DNA from: Candidatus Ozemobacteraceae bacterium
GTDB taxonomy: Bacteria > Muiribacteriota > Ozemobacteria > Ozemobacterales > Ozemobacteraceae
Direction: 5' to 3'
NCBI GenBank assembly: GCA_965140445.1
Contig: OZ223236.1
Coordinates: forward strand, 3,040,001 to 3,104,000
Length of the DNA: 64,000 nt
The first letter of the stretch is position 1. Every line of letters begins with the position of its first letter. A model generated the notes under the pieces. That model was not told where the DNA came from. It did no database searches and saw only the letters and a program-made list of their open reading frames with translations. Of this stretch, positions 1 through 9,243 are shown piece after piece. The translations under genes and the position numbers were made by a program.

Positions 1-321
1 ATATGCTACAGAAACACAAAAATTCTCTAAGCCATTTGCATAATTTGTGGTTCCATCAAGAGGATCTACTATCCAGCAGTTTGCGTTTTTCCAATCAATT
101 GAATGTTGACTTTCCTCTTCACCAAAGAATTCAACTTCTGGGGCAAGCAATGCCAATTCTTCTTTTAAGAGCTTTTCAGAAGCTAAATCCATTTCAGTAA
201 CCAAATCGACAACACCTTTTCGCTCAATCTTTAAATTAGTTCTGAAGCCCTTCATTAGTAGTTTTCCTGCTTTCTCTGCTGCAGCGGCTGCTATTTCTGT
301 ATATTTGTTGTATGGCTTCAT
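1..321 (-). CDS. suhB: Inositol monophosphatase family protein (5' part; runs off the window start)
   Basis: Not in ORF track. Manual minus-strand translation from ATG at 321: MKPYNKYTEIAAAAAEKAGKLL...DLVTEMDLASE...FFGEE...WIVDPLDGTTNYANG, with the IMPase DPLDGT motif. AGGAG SD at 328-332. Confidence 0.9.
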   Translation of the reverse strand, partial: MKPYNKYTEIAAAAAEKAGKLLMKGFRTNLKIERKGVVDLVTEMDLASEKLLKEELALLAPEVEFFGEEESQHSIDWKNANCWIVDPLDGTTNYANGLENFCVSVAY

Positions 322-449
322 AAAAGGCTCCTAAACATAATTTTGGGAATTATAGCATAACCGAGGTCAGAGGATTTTCTAAACTTATTACAAGGTGGAA
401 ACTGCCGTCTATTGGTGTTAAAATGCATCAGCTAACAACGGAGTCAGAT

Positions 450-1277
450 ATGTATAATCTTAAAAAGATGATTTTGCCCGCGATCATTGCTATGGGAGCC
501 ATTGCTATAAATTGTTTCCCTGCGAGCTGCCAGGAGTTAAAGCTTCGAAACGATGAAAACATTATTTCTAAGAATGATGCGATTGAAACAGAAATTATTG
601 AAGAAAATATAAATGAGATTGAGGAAACGGCAATCGAAAACAATGATAAACAGGAAGGAATAGAGGAATCTAAACCAATAGAAGAAATTTCCTTTGAGGA
701 TGAAGAAGTTTCAGATGAACCTGTCGAAGAAAAGTATGAAAAAGCAGATAGCCTCAGTCCAGTGTTAATTGTTGACGGCGAGCCTGATGATGAACAATCC
801 AGAGTTGAACAGAAAGCAGAATTGGAAGGTCGTTTAATTGCTGAAAAGCATCCATTGGGGCGAAGAAAAAATCTTTATCGATGGGTGCTTGAGTTAGCTG
901 ATAAATCCAGAATCCCGTTAAAATCGAATCTTAAACTACTTCAGACTGTTAAAAATGAAGACATGCTCGATGGTTACGTAAAAGTTTCTGGAGTGTGGCT
1001 TAAGTCAGAGTTCAGCTCTCCTTTGAGATTTCTAAGAATTGAAAACATTAGAATGATTGATGAATTAACAGAGGTTAATGAAGAGTCAGAAAATGAAATC
1101 GCTTTGGTAGCTTCTGAAACTGATAATTTAAAGCACGAAGAAGAAAAAAATCAGAAAAGTGCAGAAATTGAGAGTTCCAAAGAAAAATTAACCAATAAAA
1201 TAGACCCTAAAAGTGAAGAAAGCATTAATGCGAGCGATTCTTTTACTGAAAAATTAATTCTTGAAAAGAAAGATTAA
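450..1277 (+). CDS. Exported acidic hypothetical protein
   Basis: ORF 423-1277; ATG 450 follows GGAG. Signal-peptide-like N-terminus; Glu-rich low-complexity segments flank a ~90 aa globular core. Confidence 0.7.
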   Translation: MYNLKKMILPAIIAMGAIAINCFPASCQELKLRNDENIISKNDAIETEIIEENINEIEETAIENNDKQEGIEESKPIEEISFEDEEVSDEPVEEKYEKADSLSPVLIVDGEPDDEQSRVEQKAELEGRLIAEKHPLGRRKNLYRWVLELADKSRIPLKSNLKLLQTVKNEDMLDGYVKVSGVWLKSEFSSPLRFLRIENIRMIDELTEVNEESENEIALVASETDNLKHEEEKNQKSAEIESSKEKLTNKIDPKSEESINASDSFTEKLILEKKD

Positions 1278-1301
1278 TTTTGCACAGATGCAAAAAGAAT
1301 T

Positions 1302-3122
1302 TTGAAAATTACTGAAAAAATAGAAAAAACTCTTACCCAACTACCTCTTAAACCTGGCGTTTACATTATGAAAAACAGGGTGGGAGAGATTATTTATATT
1401 GGCAAGTCCAGATCCTTAAAAAAAAGGGTAAGGTCTTATTTTGCCAAAGATCACAAAGATGTAAAGACCGGGGTTCTGGTTGCTGCCATTGAGTCCATAG
1501 AATTCATTGTTACCAATAATGAAATAGAAGCGTTGATTCTGGAAAATAATCTGATCAAGAAGCACAAGCCCAGATACAACATAATGCTAAAGGACAGCAA
1601 AACCCATCCATATATTCGTATTACCATGAAAGAACCTTATCCAAGGCTGGAAAAGGTCAGGAAGGTTTCTTTTCGAGATGGAAATCTCTATTTTGGCCCA
1701 TTCCCCAATGAATATGATTTAAATCGCATTGTTGAGCGGCTTTCAAGAAATTTCAAGCTTTGTACTTCTAAAAAGAGATCTATAAAAACAAAAAGTGGGA
1801 TCACCAGACCTTGTTTAAAATACCATCTGGGAGTTTGCCAGGGTGTTTGCCAAAAAAAGGTGTCACCTGAAAATTACAGAGAATCAATTGATGCGGTAAT
1901 AGAAGTTTTATCAGGTAAAAAGAAGCCTGATTTTAAAGAATTAGAAGAGCAGTTAAAAATTCTTATGGAAGAATACCGTTATGAAGAGGCTGCCGAACTC
2001 AGGGATACAATTGCAGCTTTGAAACGATTTTTTGAGATTCAAAAGGTGGAGTTTGTTAAGCCAGTTAACTCAGACTTTTGGGGGATCAGCGAAGCGCCTG
2101 ACAGAGTGGTTTACTCAATTTTTTTTATTCGTTCTGGAAAACTCCTCGGAAATCGTCTGCTTGATGTTGATCGTGAGCCTGGAGCTACTTCTGAGGAACA
2201 ATTTAATACGGTTTTAACTAGATTTTATGATAACAACCTTATTCCATCAAATATATATGCATCAATACTGCCAGATGGGCCGGAGGTTCTGGAAGCTACT
2301 TTTAAGCTGAAAGCAGAAAAGAATATTTCCTTTAAAGTCCCTCAAAAAGGAGATTACAAAAGACTTTTGCAGATGGCAGATACTAATGCCCTGGAAATAA
2401 TGAAAAATCTTAAAGCTCAGGGAAATGAAAGGGTGGATGAAGCAGTTCTTGACCTCGAAAAAGAGTTAGAATTGTCGCAAACTCCCTATAGAATCGAGTG
2501 CGTTGATATTTCCCATATTCAAGGAACGGACCCGGTGGCATCATTAGTTGTTTTTGAGAATGGTGCTCCCAAAAAAGGAGAATATCGCCTCTTTCATATA
2601 AAAGAAGCCCATGGTGGGGATGATCCAGCATCAATAGCAGAAGTCACAAGGAGACGTTTTACCAGAGTTTTAAATGAAGGAAGTCGTATTTGTGATTTGT
2701 ATATAGTAGATGGAGGCATTACTCAGGTTCGGGCTGCTGTCAGGGAACTGGAAAAGCTGGGATTAGATGTGCCCATTCTTGGTCTGGCAAAACGAGAAGA
2801 AACTTTAGTTTATCCAGATGGTAAAGAAGTAAACCTTCCTTTCTCCAGTAAAGGAATGCGGATGATTATTAAATTAAGGAATGAGGCTCACAGGTTTGCT
2901 AATTCTTTCCAAAAGAAAACTCATTCTAAGACCATCATTAGATCAGCATTATTAAAATTACCAGGTGTTGGTCCAGCGACCTTGAAAAAAATTATCTGGA
3001 AATATGGTTCAGTTGATGAAATTATAGATATGGAACCAGCAAAGTTAGGCAAGGAAACAGGAATTCCAGTTAAAACTGCAGAGTTAATCTTAAGATCACT
3101 GAAAGCAGGAAGAAGTAAATGA
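1302..3122 (+). CDS. uvrC: Excinuclease ABC subunit C
   Basis: GIY-YIG (PGVYIM...IIYIGKS), UVR coil (YEEAAELRD), RNase H-like RIECVDISH and VDGG motifs, C-terminal HhH (LPGVG). TTG start. Confidence 0.97.
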   Translation: MKITEKIEKTLTQLPLKPGVYIMKNRVGEIIYIGKSRSLKKRVRSYFAKDHKDVKTGVLVAAIESIEFIVTNNEIEALILENNLIKKHKPRYNIMLKDSKTHPYIRITMKEPYPRLEKVRKVSFRDGNLYFGPFPNEYDLNRIVERLSRNFKLCTSKKRSIKTKSGITRPCLKYHLGVCQGVCQKKVSPENYRESIDAVIEVLSGKKKPDFKELEEQLKILMEEYRYEEAAELRDTIAALKRFFEIQKVEFVKPVNSDFWGISEAPDRVVYSIFFIRSGKLLGNRLLDVDREPGATSEEQFNTVLTRFYDNNLIPSNIYASILPDGPEVLEATFKLKAEKNISFKVPQKGDYKRLLQMADTNALEIMKNLKAQGNERVDEAVLDLEKELELSQTPYRIECVDISHIQGTDPVASLVVFENGAPKKGEYRLFHIKEAHGGDDPASIAEVTRRRFTRVLNEGSRICDLYIVDGGITQVRAAVRELEKLGLDVPILGLAKREETLVYPDGKEVNLPFSSKGMRMIIKLRNEAHRFANSFQKKTHSKTIIRSALLKLPGVGPATLKKIIWKYGSVDEIIDMEPAKLGKETGIPVKTAELILRSLKAGRSK

Positions 3123-3922
3123 AACAATTAGTTTATCGAAGATCGGTAGGGATTTTTTTATGTTTGGTATTCCTGTCCATTTTCTCTAATTCTCTTTTTG
3201 CTGGTGAGATCATGAAAGAGAAGCTTGAGAGAGCTTTCTTTGCTGCTTTTTCTGATCAGGAACAATTTAAATCAAGTCAGGTTTTTCAATTGCTGGAATA
3301 TAAACAATCCGAGATTGACTCGCTTGGCAACGTTACTCCAAGGCCTGCTTCAATAACAGTCGAGTTTGAGATGGATGAGGTTCCTGGGTTCTTCAAAACT
3401 ATTAGAGTCCTTTGCAGGGAAATTAAGTATTATAAATTGACTATTTCATCAGCGGTGTTCGAGTTTCCAAATTGTAAATTAAACATGGATGAATTAGAAC
3501 AAGGAAAGGTCAGATTTGAGAAATTACCAAATCTAAAAATTGAGACTAATGTTTCGGAACAAGACATTCTCAAGGTCTTTGATTTGTATGCCAGGTCCAG
3601 AAATTTACAAGATTTAAAATTGAGTCTTGATAAAAAAAGAATTACTCTTAGAGGTTATTATAAAAAAGGGTTTTTAACAGTTTATTTTAAGGTTTTTGGG
3701 AAAACCCGCCTGGTGTCTCCAAAGGTAATAGATTTTAGATGCAATAGATTGACCTTGAATGGAATTCCCATCCCAAGGAGCAGTATTGGAAGTATTTTCT
3801 CTAAGATAAACCCTGTTTTCGACGCAACAAAGACCTGGTTAAATCTTAGCATTGATAAAGTTGTCGTGGGAAATGGCCTGGTTAAAAGCTTTAGCCGAAT
3901 AGACACGAGAAAAAACAATTAA
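3119..3922 (+). CDS. Exported protein, possibly DUF2993/LmeA-like
   Basis: Signal peptide; beta-rich C-half ending NPVFD...LSIDKVVVGNG. Start overlaps the uvrC stop. Confidence 0.55.
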   Translation: MKQLVYRRSVGIFLCLVFLSIFSNSLFAGEIMKEKLERAFFAAFSDQEQFKSSQVFQLLEYKQSEIDSLGNVTPRPASITVEFEMDEVPGFFKTIRVLCREIKYYKLTISSAVFEFPNCKLNMDELEQGKVRFEKLPNLKIETNVSEQDILKVFDLYARSRNLQDLKLSLDKKRITLRGYYKKGFLTVYFKVFGKTRLVSPKVIDFRCNRLTLNGIPIPRSSIGSIFSKINPVFDATKTWLNLSIDKVVVGNGLVKSFSRIDTRKNN

Positions 3923-3937
3923 TATAAGGTGAGAAAC

Positions 3938-4651
3938 ATGCCAACAAAACGTAGAATTCACCGAATAGCAAAAGTTATTCATCATCGGCAGTCCGACCTG
4001 ATTATCGCGTTAGACGGGGTACATGATCCGCATAATATTTCTGCAGTAATTAGAACTGCTGACGCAACAGGCGTTGGACGTGTCGTATGGGAGCCTGATT
4101 TAGCTACTAACAACAAGTTAAACCCTGAAGTCTCATTAGGTACAGAGCGTTGGGTCGATGTTAAAAAGGTTTCATGCATCAAAGATGAGCTTATGGAGTT
4201 TAAAAAACAAGGCTATTCAATTGCTGCAACTCATATGGGAAAAAAAGCGGTTGATTTTAGAACTATAGACTGGACCAAACCCTGGGTTGTGATCATGGGA
4301 AATGAGCAACGTGGTTGTCGGGATGAAACCGTTGAATGTGCCGACGAGAATATTTTTCTCCCGATGTTTGGTTTTGTACAGAGTTTAAATATCTCAGTTG
4401 CAACTGCTGTAATCTTATACGAAATCCAAAGGCAAAGAGAAAACGCCGGAATGTACAATAAACAAGCTTCGCCAGAAACTGTTGAGGCTTTGTACAATCG
4501 CTGGAAATTGGAAAAAGAATATTTCGAAGTTAAAGACTTATTGGAAAAACCCGTTGGCGACCTTCCAGATGCAGAGTTTCCACATTCTGACGGCAGAGCA
4601 AAAAGGTTTATTCCAAAGAAAAATAAGGCTGAAGAAGAAGAAAATAATTAA
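3938..4651 (+). CDS. trmH: SpoU/TrmH-family tRNA (Gm18) 2'-O-methyltransferase
   Basis: DPHNISAVIRTADA, VIMGNEQRG and QSLNISVA SPOUT motifs; ATG 3938 follows AAGGTG. Confidence 0.9.
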   Translation: MPTKRRIHRIAKVIHHRQSDLIIALDGVHDPHNISAVIRTADATGVGRVVWEPDLATNNKLNPEVSLGTERWVDVKKVSCIKDELMEFKKQGYSIAATHMGKKAVDFRTIDWTKPWVVIMGNEQRGCRDETVECADENIFLPMFGFVQSLNISVATAVILYEIQRQRENAGMYNKQASPETVEALYNRWKLEKEYFEVKDLLEKPVGDLPDAEFPHSDGRAKRFIPKKNKAEEEENN

Positions 4652-4737
4652 AAATACCGAAATTTTCGTTAAGAAATTATAAATCCCTTCCGACAAAACA
4701 GTACAACAAAATAAAAAGACCGAAATGGAGTTGGTCA

Positions 4738-5265
4738 ATGAAGAACTTCTTGAACGGATTAAGGGATTGGTTTAAAGATTTCGTAAAAGCATTTATTTTC
4801 TTTCTGTTTCTACAAACCTATGTTGTACAGGGGTTTGTTATTGAGGGAGCCTGCATGGAGCCGGAGCTTCACTCTAAGGAAAAGATAATAGTTAACAAAC
4901 TATTGTATTTTGTCGAGGAGCCGAAGGTTGGTGAAGTTGTTGTGTTCTCATATCCACTGGAGCCCAAAAAAGACTTTATCAAGAGAGTCGTTGGGGTTAC
5001 AGGCGATACCATTGAGGTTAAAGATGGCTATTTGTACAGAAATAGTAAAAAGCTCAATGAAAATTTTGTTAAGGAATATGTTTTTGGCTCTTACGGACCG
5101 ATAAAAATCCCGCCTGGAAAAGTTTGTGTTATGGGCGATAATAGGAATAATTCACATGATTCGCGTGCATGGGGACTATTAGATAAGTCGCTTATCAAAG
5201 GCCGGGCTGAACTAAAATTCTGGCCCTTTAGCGATGCTGGATCAATAAAAGTCCTTGTGGATTAA
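4738..5265 (+). CDS. lepB: Signal peptidase I (S26) with Cys at the catalytic Ser position
   Basis: Single N-terminal TM; box B EGACMEPEL, box D KDFIKRVVG (catalytic Lys), box E GDNRNNSHDSR. Confidence 0.9.
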   Translation: MKNFLNGLRDWFKDFVKAFIFFLFLQTYVVQGFVIEGACMEPELHSKEKIIVNKLLYFVEEPKVGEVVVFSYPLEPKKDFIKRVVGVTGDTIEVKDGYLYRNSKKLNENFVKEYVFGSYGPIKIPPGKVCVMGDNRNNSHDSRAWGLLDKSLIKGRAELKFWPFSDAGSIKVLVD

Positions 5266-5271
5266 AGGTGG

Positions 5272-5299
5272 TTGACAGTTAGGGTGTTCCTATTATATT
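5272..5299 (+). promoter_or_regulatory. Sigma-70-type promoter candidate
   Basis: TTGACA(5272-5277)-N16-TATATT(5294-5299), upstream of AGGAG and the TTG start at 5320. Confidence 0.6.
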
Positions 5300-5319
5300 C
5301 ACACTGTTAGGAGAAATTT

Positions 5320-5973
5320 TTGACTACGCAATTTAAAAAAGGGTCATTTAGCTGTCCAGCTTGCTCAAAAGAATTTGAGTGTCTGGTCGTTAAATCTGTA
5401 ACCCATCAAGGGCAAGATTCGGATTTTTTCCCTCATTATCTGGGAGAGAATCCTTTACCATTCTTTTTGGTACAATGCCCTAAGTGCTCCTATTGCGGGT
5501 ATCCAGAAGATTACCTTCCATCTGTTGCTGCTGAACGCAAATTGGAAGAATCACTTATTAAAGGCATTGTTAATCAACCGCTTGCTAAAAAATTACCTCC
5601 AGATGCTCTTAAATTTTATGTAGCTGGTAAAATCTATGAAGCCAGCAGGAGAAACCCTTATCATATAGGTAACTTATTTTTAAGAGGATCGTGGTGTTGC
5701 AGGCTTAAGGAAAACAGGAAAGCCGAAATAGAGCTTCAACAATTAGCTGTTAAGTTTTTAAGAACCTCAGTTGAGAAGTCTACGATTTTAAATCCGGATA
5801 ATTTGCCAATTGTTACTTATCTCGTTGGTGAGCTATATAGGCGTCTTGAAGATAAGAAGCTGGCCAGAGAATGGTTTGGTTCAGTTGAAGAAGTTCTGAT
5901 TGATTCAGAGCAGCAATGGGTGCTAGATCTAACTCAAAAACAGGCTGAACTAAACGAACACTTAATTAATTAG
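5320..5973 (+). CDS. DUF2225-like protein (zinc ribbon plus TPR-like helices)
   Basis: CPAC...DSDF...CPKC motifs followed by a helical region ending YLVGELYRRL. Confidence 0.75.
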   Translation: MTTQFKKGSFSCPACSKEFECLVVKSVTHQGQDSDFFPHYLGENPLPFFLVQCPKCSYCGYPEDYLPSVAAERKLEESLIKGIVNQPLAKKLPPDALKFYVAGKIYEASRRNPYHIGNLFLRGSWCCRLKENRKAEIELQQLAVKFLRTSVEKSTILNPDNLPIVTYLVGELYRRLEDKKLAREWFGSVEEVLIDSEQQWVLDLTQKQAELNEHLIN

Positions 5974-6019
5974 CTTCAATTGAAAGGGCTCGATGGTATA
6001 GGGTTGTTCTTATTATAAT

Positions 6020-6101
6020 AATCCTGAATTGCAGCATATAGAAGTTGTGGAAATTGAAAAAATTTCATAGACTAATCTAGAGTTGCATTTCGGGATTTTT
6101 T
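6020..6101 (+). other. Long imperfect hairpin followed by a U-tract, upstream of the pilus operon
   Basis: 6020-6035 pairs with 6082-6097 (15 of 16 pairs, including 2 GU); more pairing inside; T-run 6096-6101. Confidence 0.5.
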
Positions 6102-6116
6102 ACATTTAGGGGATTT

Positions 6117-7336
6117 ATGGAAAGAATCAGAGTTAAATATGCTGATGAAAATGGTCAGGCAAGAGAAGATGTTTTCGAGACCCGTTCAGCAGAGGATATG
6201 CGAAAGGCCTTTGAAGATCGCGGATATTATATTCTCCATGAGGAAATGGAGACTCCTGGACTTTTAGCCCAATTAAAACAGACTCTTTCTTCTGGCAATA
6301 AAGTTTCATTAAAAGAATTAAATGAATTTACCAAGCTTTTGCGTACACTGATTAAGGCTGGAATGCCGCTTAATGATGCAATTGATATACTACTTGAAGA
6401 TGATAATGGATCACCACTGAATTCTGCTTTAAGACAGATTCAGGAAGATATTCAGGAAGGGATTTCCTTCAGCCAGGCCTTGGGCCGGCACCCTGATATT
6501 TTTCCCGAAATCTATGTAAAAACGGTTATTGCCGGAGAAAAAGCCGGCGCCCTAGAAAATATTTTGAAAAGATTAACCGAGTATTTCGCCAATTCAATAG
6601 CCATACGCAGGAAGATTATTGCTGCATTGATATATCCAAGTATTTTGCTTCTGGTCTCAACTTTTGCTTGTTACATATATGCTGGTTGCCGTTGTGCCTG
6701 AATTTGCAAATTTGTTCGCAAGCCTGGAAGTTCCTTTGCCGATGATGACTTCAATTTTACTTGATTCATCGCAGTTTATAGGCAATTGGTTCTGGGACCA
6801 TCTCTTTAATTGTCTTTTGTGCTTCGGTGATATTTTTTAACTATTTCAAAACCAAAAAAGGGCAGAAAAACTTTGCTGTTTTAAAGTCTAAACTTCCAAT
6901 TGTAAAAAGCCTTGAAGAAAAATATGGCTATAGTCAGTTTTCAAGAACTCTTTCAACAATGGTTTCTGGTGGGATTCCTTTGCTAGATAGTCTTGAAGTT
7001 GTTATTGATAGTTTAGAAAATAGATTGATGGCTGAAAAATTAAATGTTTTGCCACAACTTCTTAAGAGAGGTTTGGGCTTTGGGAAGGCTTTGAAATCGA
7101 TTCATGGAGTTCCTGGCATAATGGTTCGGGTTATTACAGTTGGTGAGGAATCTGGCAATCTGGATGAGATGTTGGAGAACCTTGCGGAACATTATGACGA
7201 AGAAATTTCAGAATTAACTGATACTATTACCTCACTTGTAGAGCCAATACTCTTCCTTAGTATGGCTGTAGTTGTGGGGACTTTGATTATCGCGCTGCTG
7301 TATCCTGTGCTTACGGCTGCTTCCAATATTCATTGA
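6117..7336 (+). pseudogene. pilC: PilC/GspF inner-membrane platform protein, broken by two +1 frameshifts (real lesion or sequencing error)
   Basis: Both ORF pieces carry GspF motifs (AGEKAGALE, VGEESGNLD). The intervening frame reads VTYMLVAVVPEFANLFASLEVPLP. Extra bases near 6662-6669 and 6794-6796. Confidence 0.85.
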
Positions 7337-7350
7337 ACTAGGAAAAAAAT

Positions 7351-9243
7351 ATGGAAAGCTTAACAGACTATTTGGTTAAAAATAAAATTTTGGAAAGAAA
7401 CCTTGCTGAAAAAATGGTTTCTGAATGTAAGGGCGACGTGGATAAGGTTCTGGTAAGCCTTCATAATGACCCAAAAGTCGAAGACAAATTACTTTTAAAA
7501 GCATTTGTAAAATCTTTTAAGAAAAAATCTTTTTGTGAAATACTGGTTGAAGAAGGGTACATTTCAATTGAATTTGTTCAAACTTTAATTGGTGAGTTTG
7601 GTGCTATTCCAGGCAATATAGGTCAAATCCTGGTTGAAAGAAAAGTTATAACCGAAGAAGAATATTCGAAAGCTATTGCTATGGAATTGGGAATTGAATA
7701 TGTAGATCTTGCCCATTATGAAGTAAATGATGAGCTGTTCAATGGAATTGATGTTTCTTTAATGAGAAAATATTGTTTTATTCCACATGAGAAGAAAAGC
7801 CGTGATATCTATCTCATTATGGCAGATCCCGGAAATGTGGATGAAATTGAAGAGCTGGAAGTGCAACTAGGCATGCCTATCCTTCCAATGGTTGCCTCGA
7901 AACAAAGCATTTTAAAACTTCTTACTCTAATGATTGAGACAAGTCTTGATTCCAAGGTTGTTTTTGCCGAATTAGAAAACTTTCCACCGCTTGAAGTCGT
8001 GGAAGAAGAAGAGGATGCGGATGATTCACCTGCTCCTGGCGTGGCGATGACTTCTCAGTTCAATGAAGATGCCCCGGTAATCAGGATGGTCGATGCTATT
8101 ATTTTAAAAGGGGTTCGTAAAAGAGCCAGCGACATACATTTTGAAGTTTATGAATCCCAATTAAAGGTTAAATACAGAATTGATGGGGTTCTTTTCGAAG
8201 TTCTTTCCGATGTGGAGCCCAGACTTCGAGGTCCCATTATTTCAAGGCTCAAAGTAATGGCCGCTCTTGATATTGCTGAAAAGCGTGTTCCACAAGATGG
8301 TCGTTTCAAACTTAAAATTGATGATCGTTTTGTTGATTTTCGTGTTTCTGTTTTACCTTCAATTTATGGTGAAACAGTCGTTTTAAGAATCCTGGATAAA
8401 TCTGCACTAGGATTGGATATTCAAAAACTTGGAATTGACGGTCAGGATCTGTTGATCTTTAAAAGAAACGTTAAGAAACCCTATGGAATGGTTCTTGTAG
8501 CTGGTCCAACTGGATCAGGGAAGACAACCACCCTATATTCTGCAATAAAGTTTGTTCAAACGCCGCGAGATAAGTTTATTACTATTGAAGATCCTGTTGA
8601 ATACCAGCTTCCTGATATTGTTCAAATTGCAGTTAATGAAAAAAAAGGACTTACTTTCAGTTCAGGGCTAAGATCAATTGTCAGACAGGATCCCGATAAA
8701 ATCATGGTGGGCGAAATTCGTGATGCTGAAACTGCTAAGATTGCTATCAATGCAGCTCTTACCGGACACCTTGTTTTTAGCTCAATCCATGCAAATAACG
8801 TAATTGATGCTATTTCCCGCTTAGAAAACATGGAAATTGACCCATATGAATTTGTTAGTTCATTTAACTTGATAATGTCTCAAAGACTTATGAGGATAAA
8901 TTGTAAAAACTGTATTGCTGAAGATAATACCATTACAGATGAAATGAAAGCTTTGACAATTGATTTCAAAGAGTATGAGGATGTTAAATTTATGCGCGGT
9001 CGAGGCTGCAGATATTGTCATGACACTGGTTATCAGGGTAGACAAGGCATTTTCGAAGTGCTCGAACTTTCTCCTGAAATCAAACAGATGATTTTAATGC
9101 ATCAGTCACCACTTGAGATTAGAAGAAAAGCAATAGAACAAGGAATGACCCCTCTTAGAACAGCAGGATGGAAAAAGGTTGAAAAAGGGCAGACTACTTT
9201 TGAAGAAATGAACAGAGTGACTTTTGAAGAGGGGGTTCTATAA
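7351..9243 (+). CDS. pilB: PilB/GspE-family assembly ATPase
   Basis: RASDIH, Walker A GPTGSGKTT, TIEDPVE, RQDPDKIMVGEIRD, TGHLVFSSIHAN, tetra-Cys CKNC...CRYC. Confidence 0.93.
   Translation: MESLTDYLVKNKILERNLAEKMVSECKGDVDKVLVSLHNDPKVEDKLLLKAFVKSFKKKSFCEILVEEGYISIEFVQTLIGEFGAIPGNIGQILVERKVITEEEYSKAIAMELGIEYVDLAHYEVNDELFNGIDVSLMRKYCFIPHEKKSRDIYLIMADPGNVDEIEELEVQLGMPILPMVASKQSILKLLTLMIETSLDSKVVFAELENFPPLEVVEEEEDADDSPAPGVAMTSQFNEDAPVIRMVDAIILKGVRKRASDIHFEVYESQLKVKYRIDGVLFEVLSDVEPRLRGPIISRLKVMAALDIAEKRVPQDGRFKLKIDDRFVDFRVSVLPSIYGETVVLRILDKSALGLDIQKLGIDGQDLLIFKRNVKKPYGMVLVAGPTGSGKTTTLYSAIKFVQTPRDKFITIEDPVEYQLPDIVQIAVNEKKGLTFSSGLRSIVRQDPDKIMVGEIRDAETAKIAINAALTGHLVFSSIHANNVIDAISRLENMEIDPYEFVSSFNLIMSQRLMRINCKNCIAEDNTITDEMKALTIDFKEYEDVKFMRGRGCRYCHDTGYQGRQGIFEVLELSPEIKQMILMHQSPLEIRRKAIEQGMTPLRTAGWKKVEKGQTTFEEMNRVTFEEGVL

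Noticed and set aside
6690..6705. Stop-codon reassignment (TGA) explaining the split pilC and GT4 genes
   Set aside because: Homology continues in a different frame, and TGA ends intact genes such as uvrC normally.
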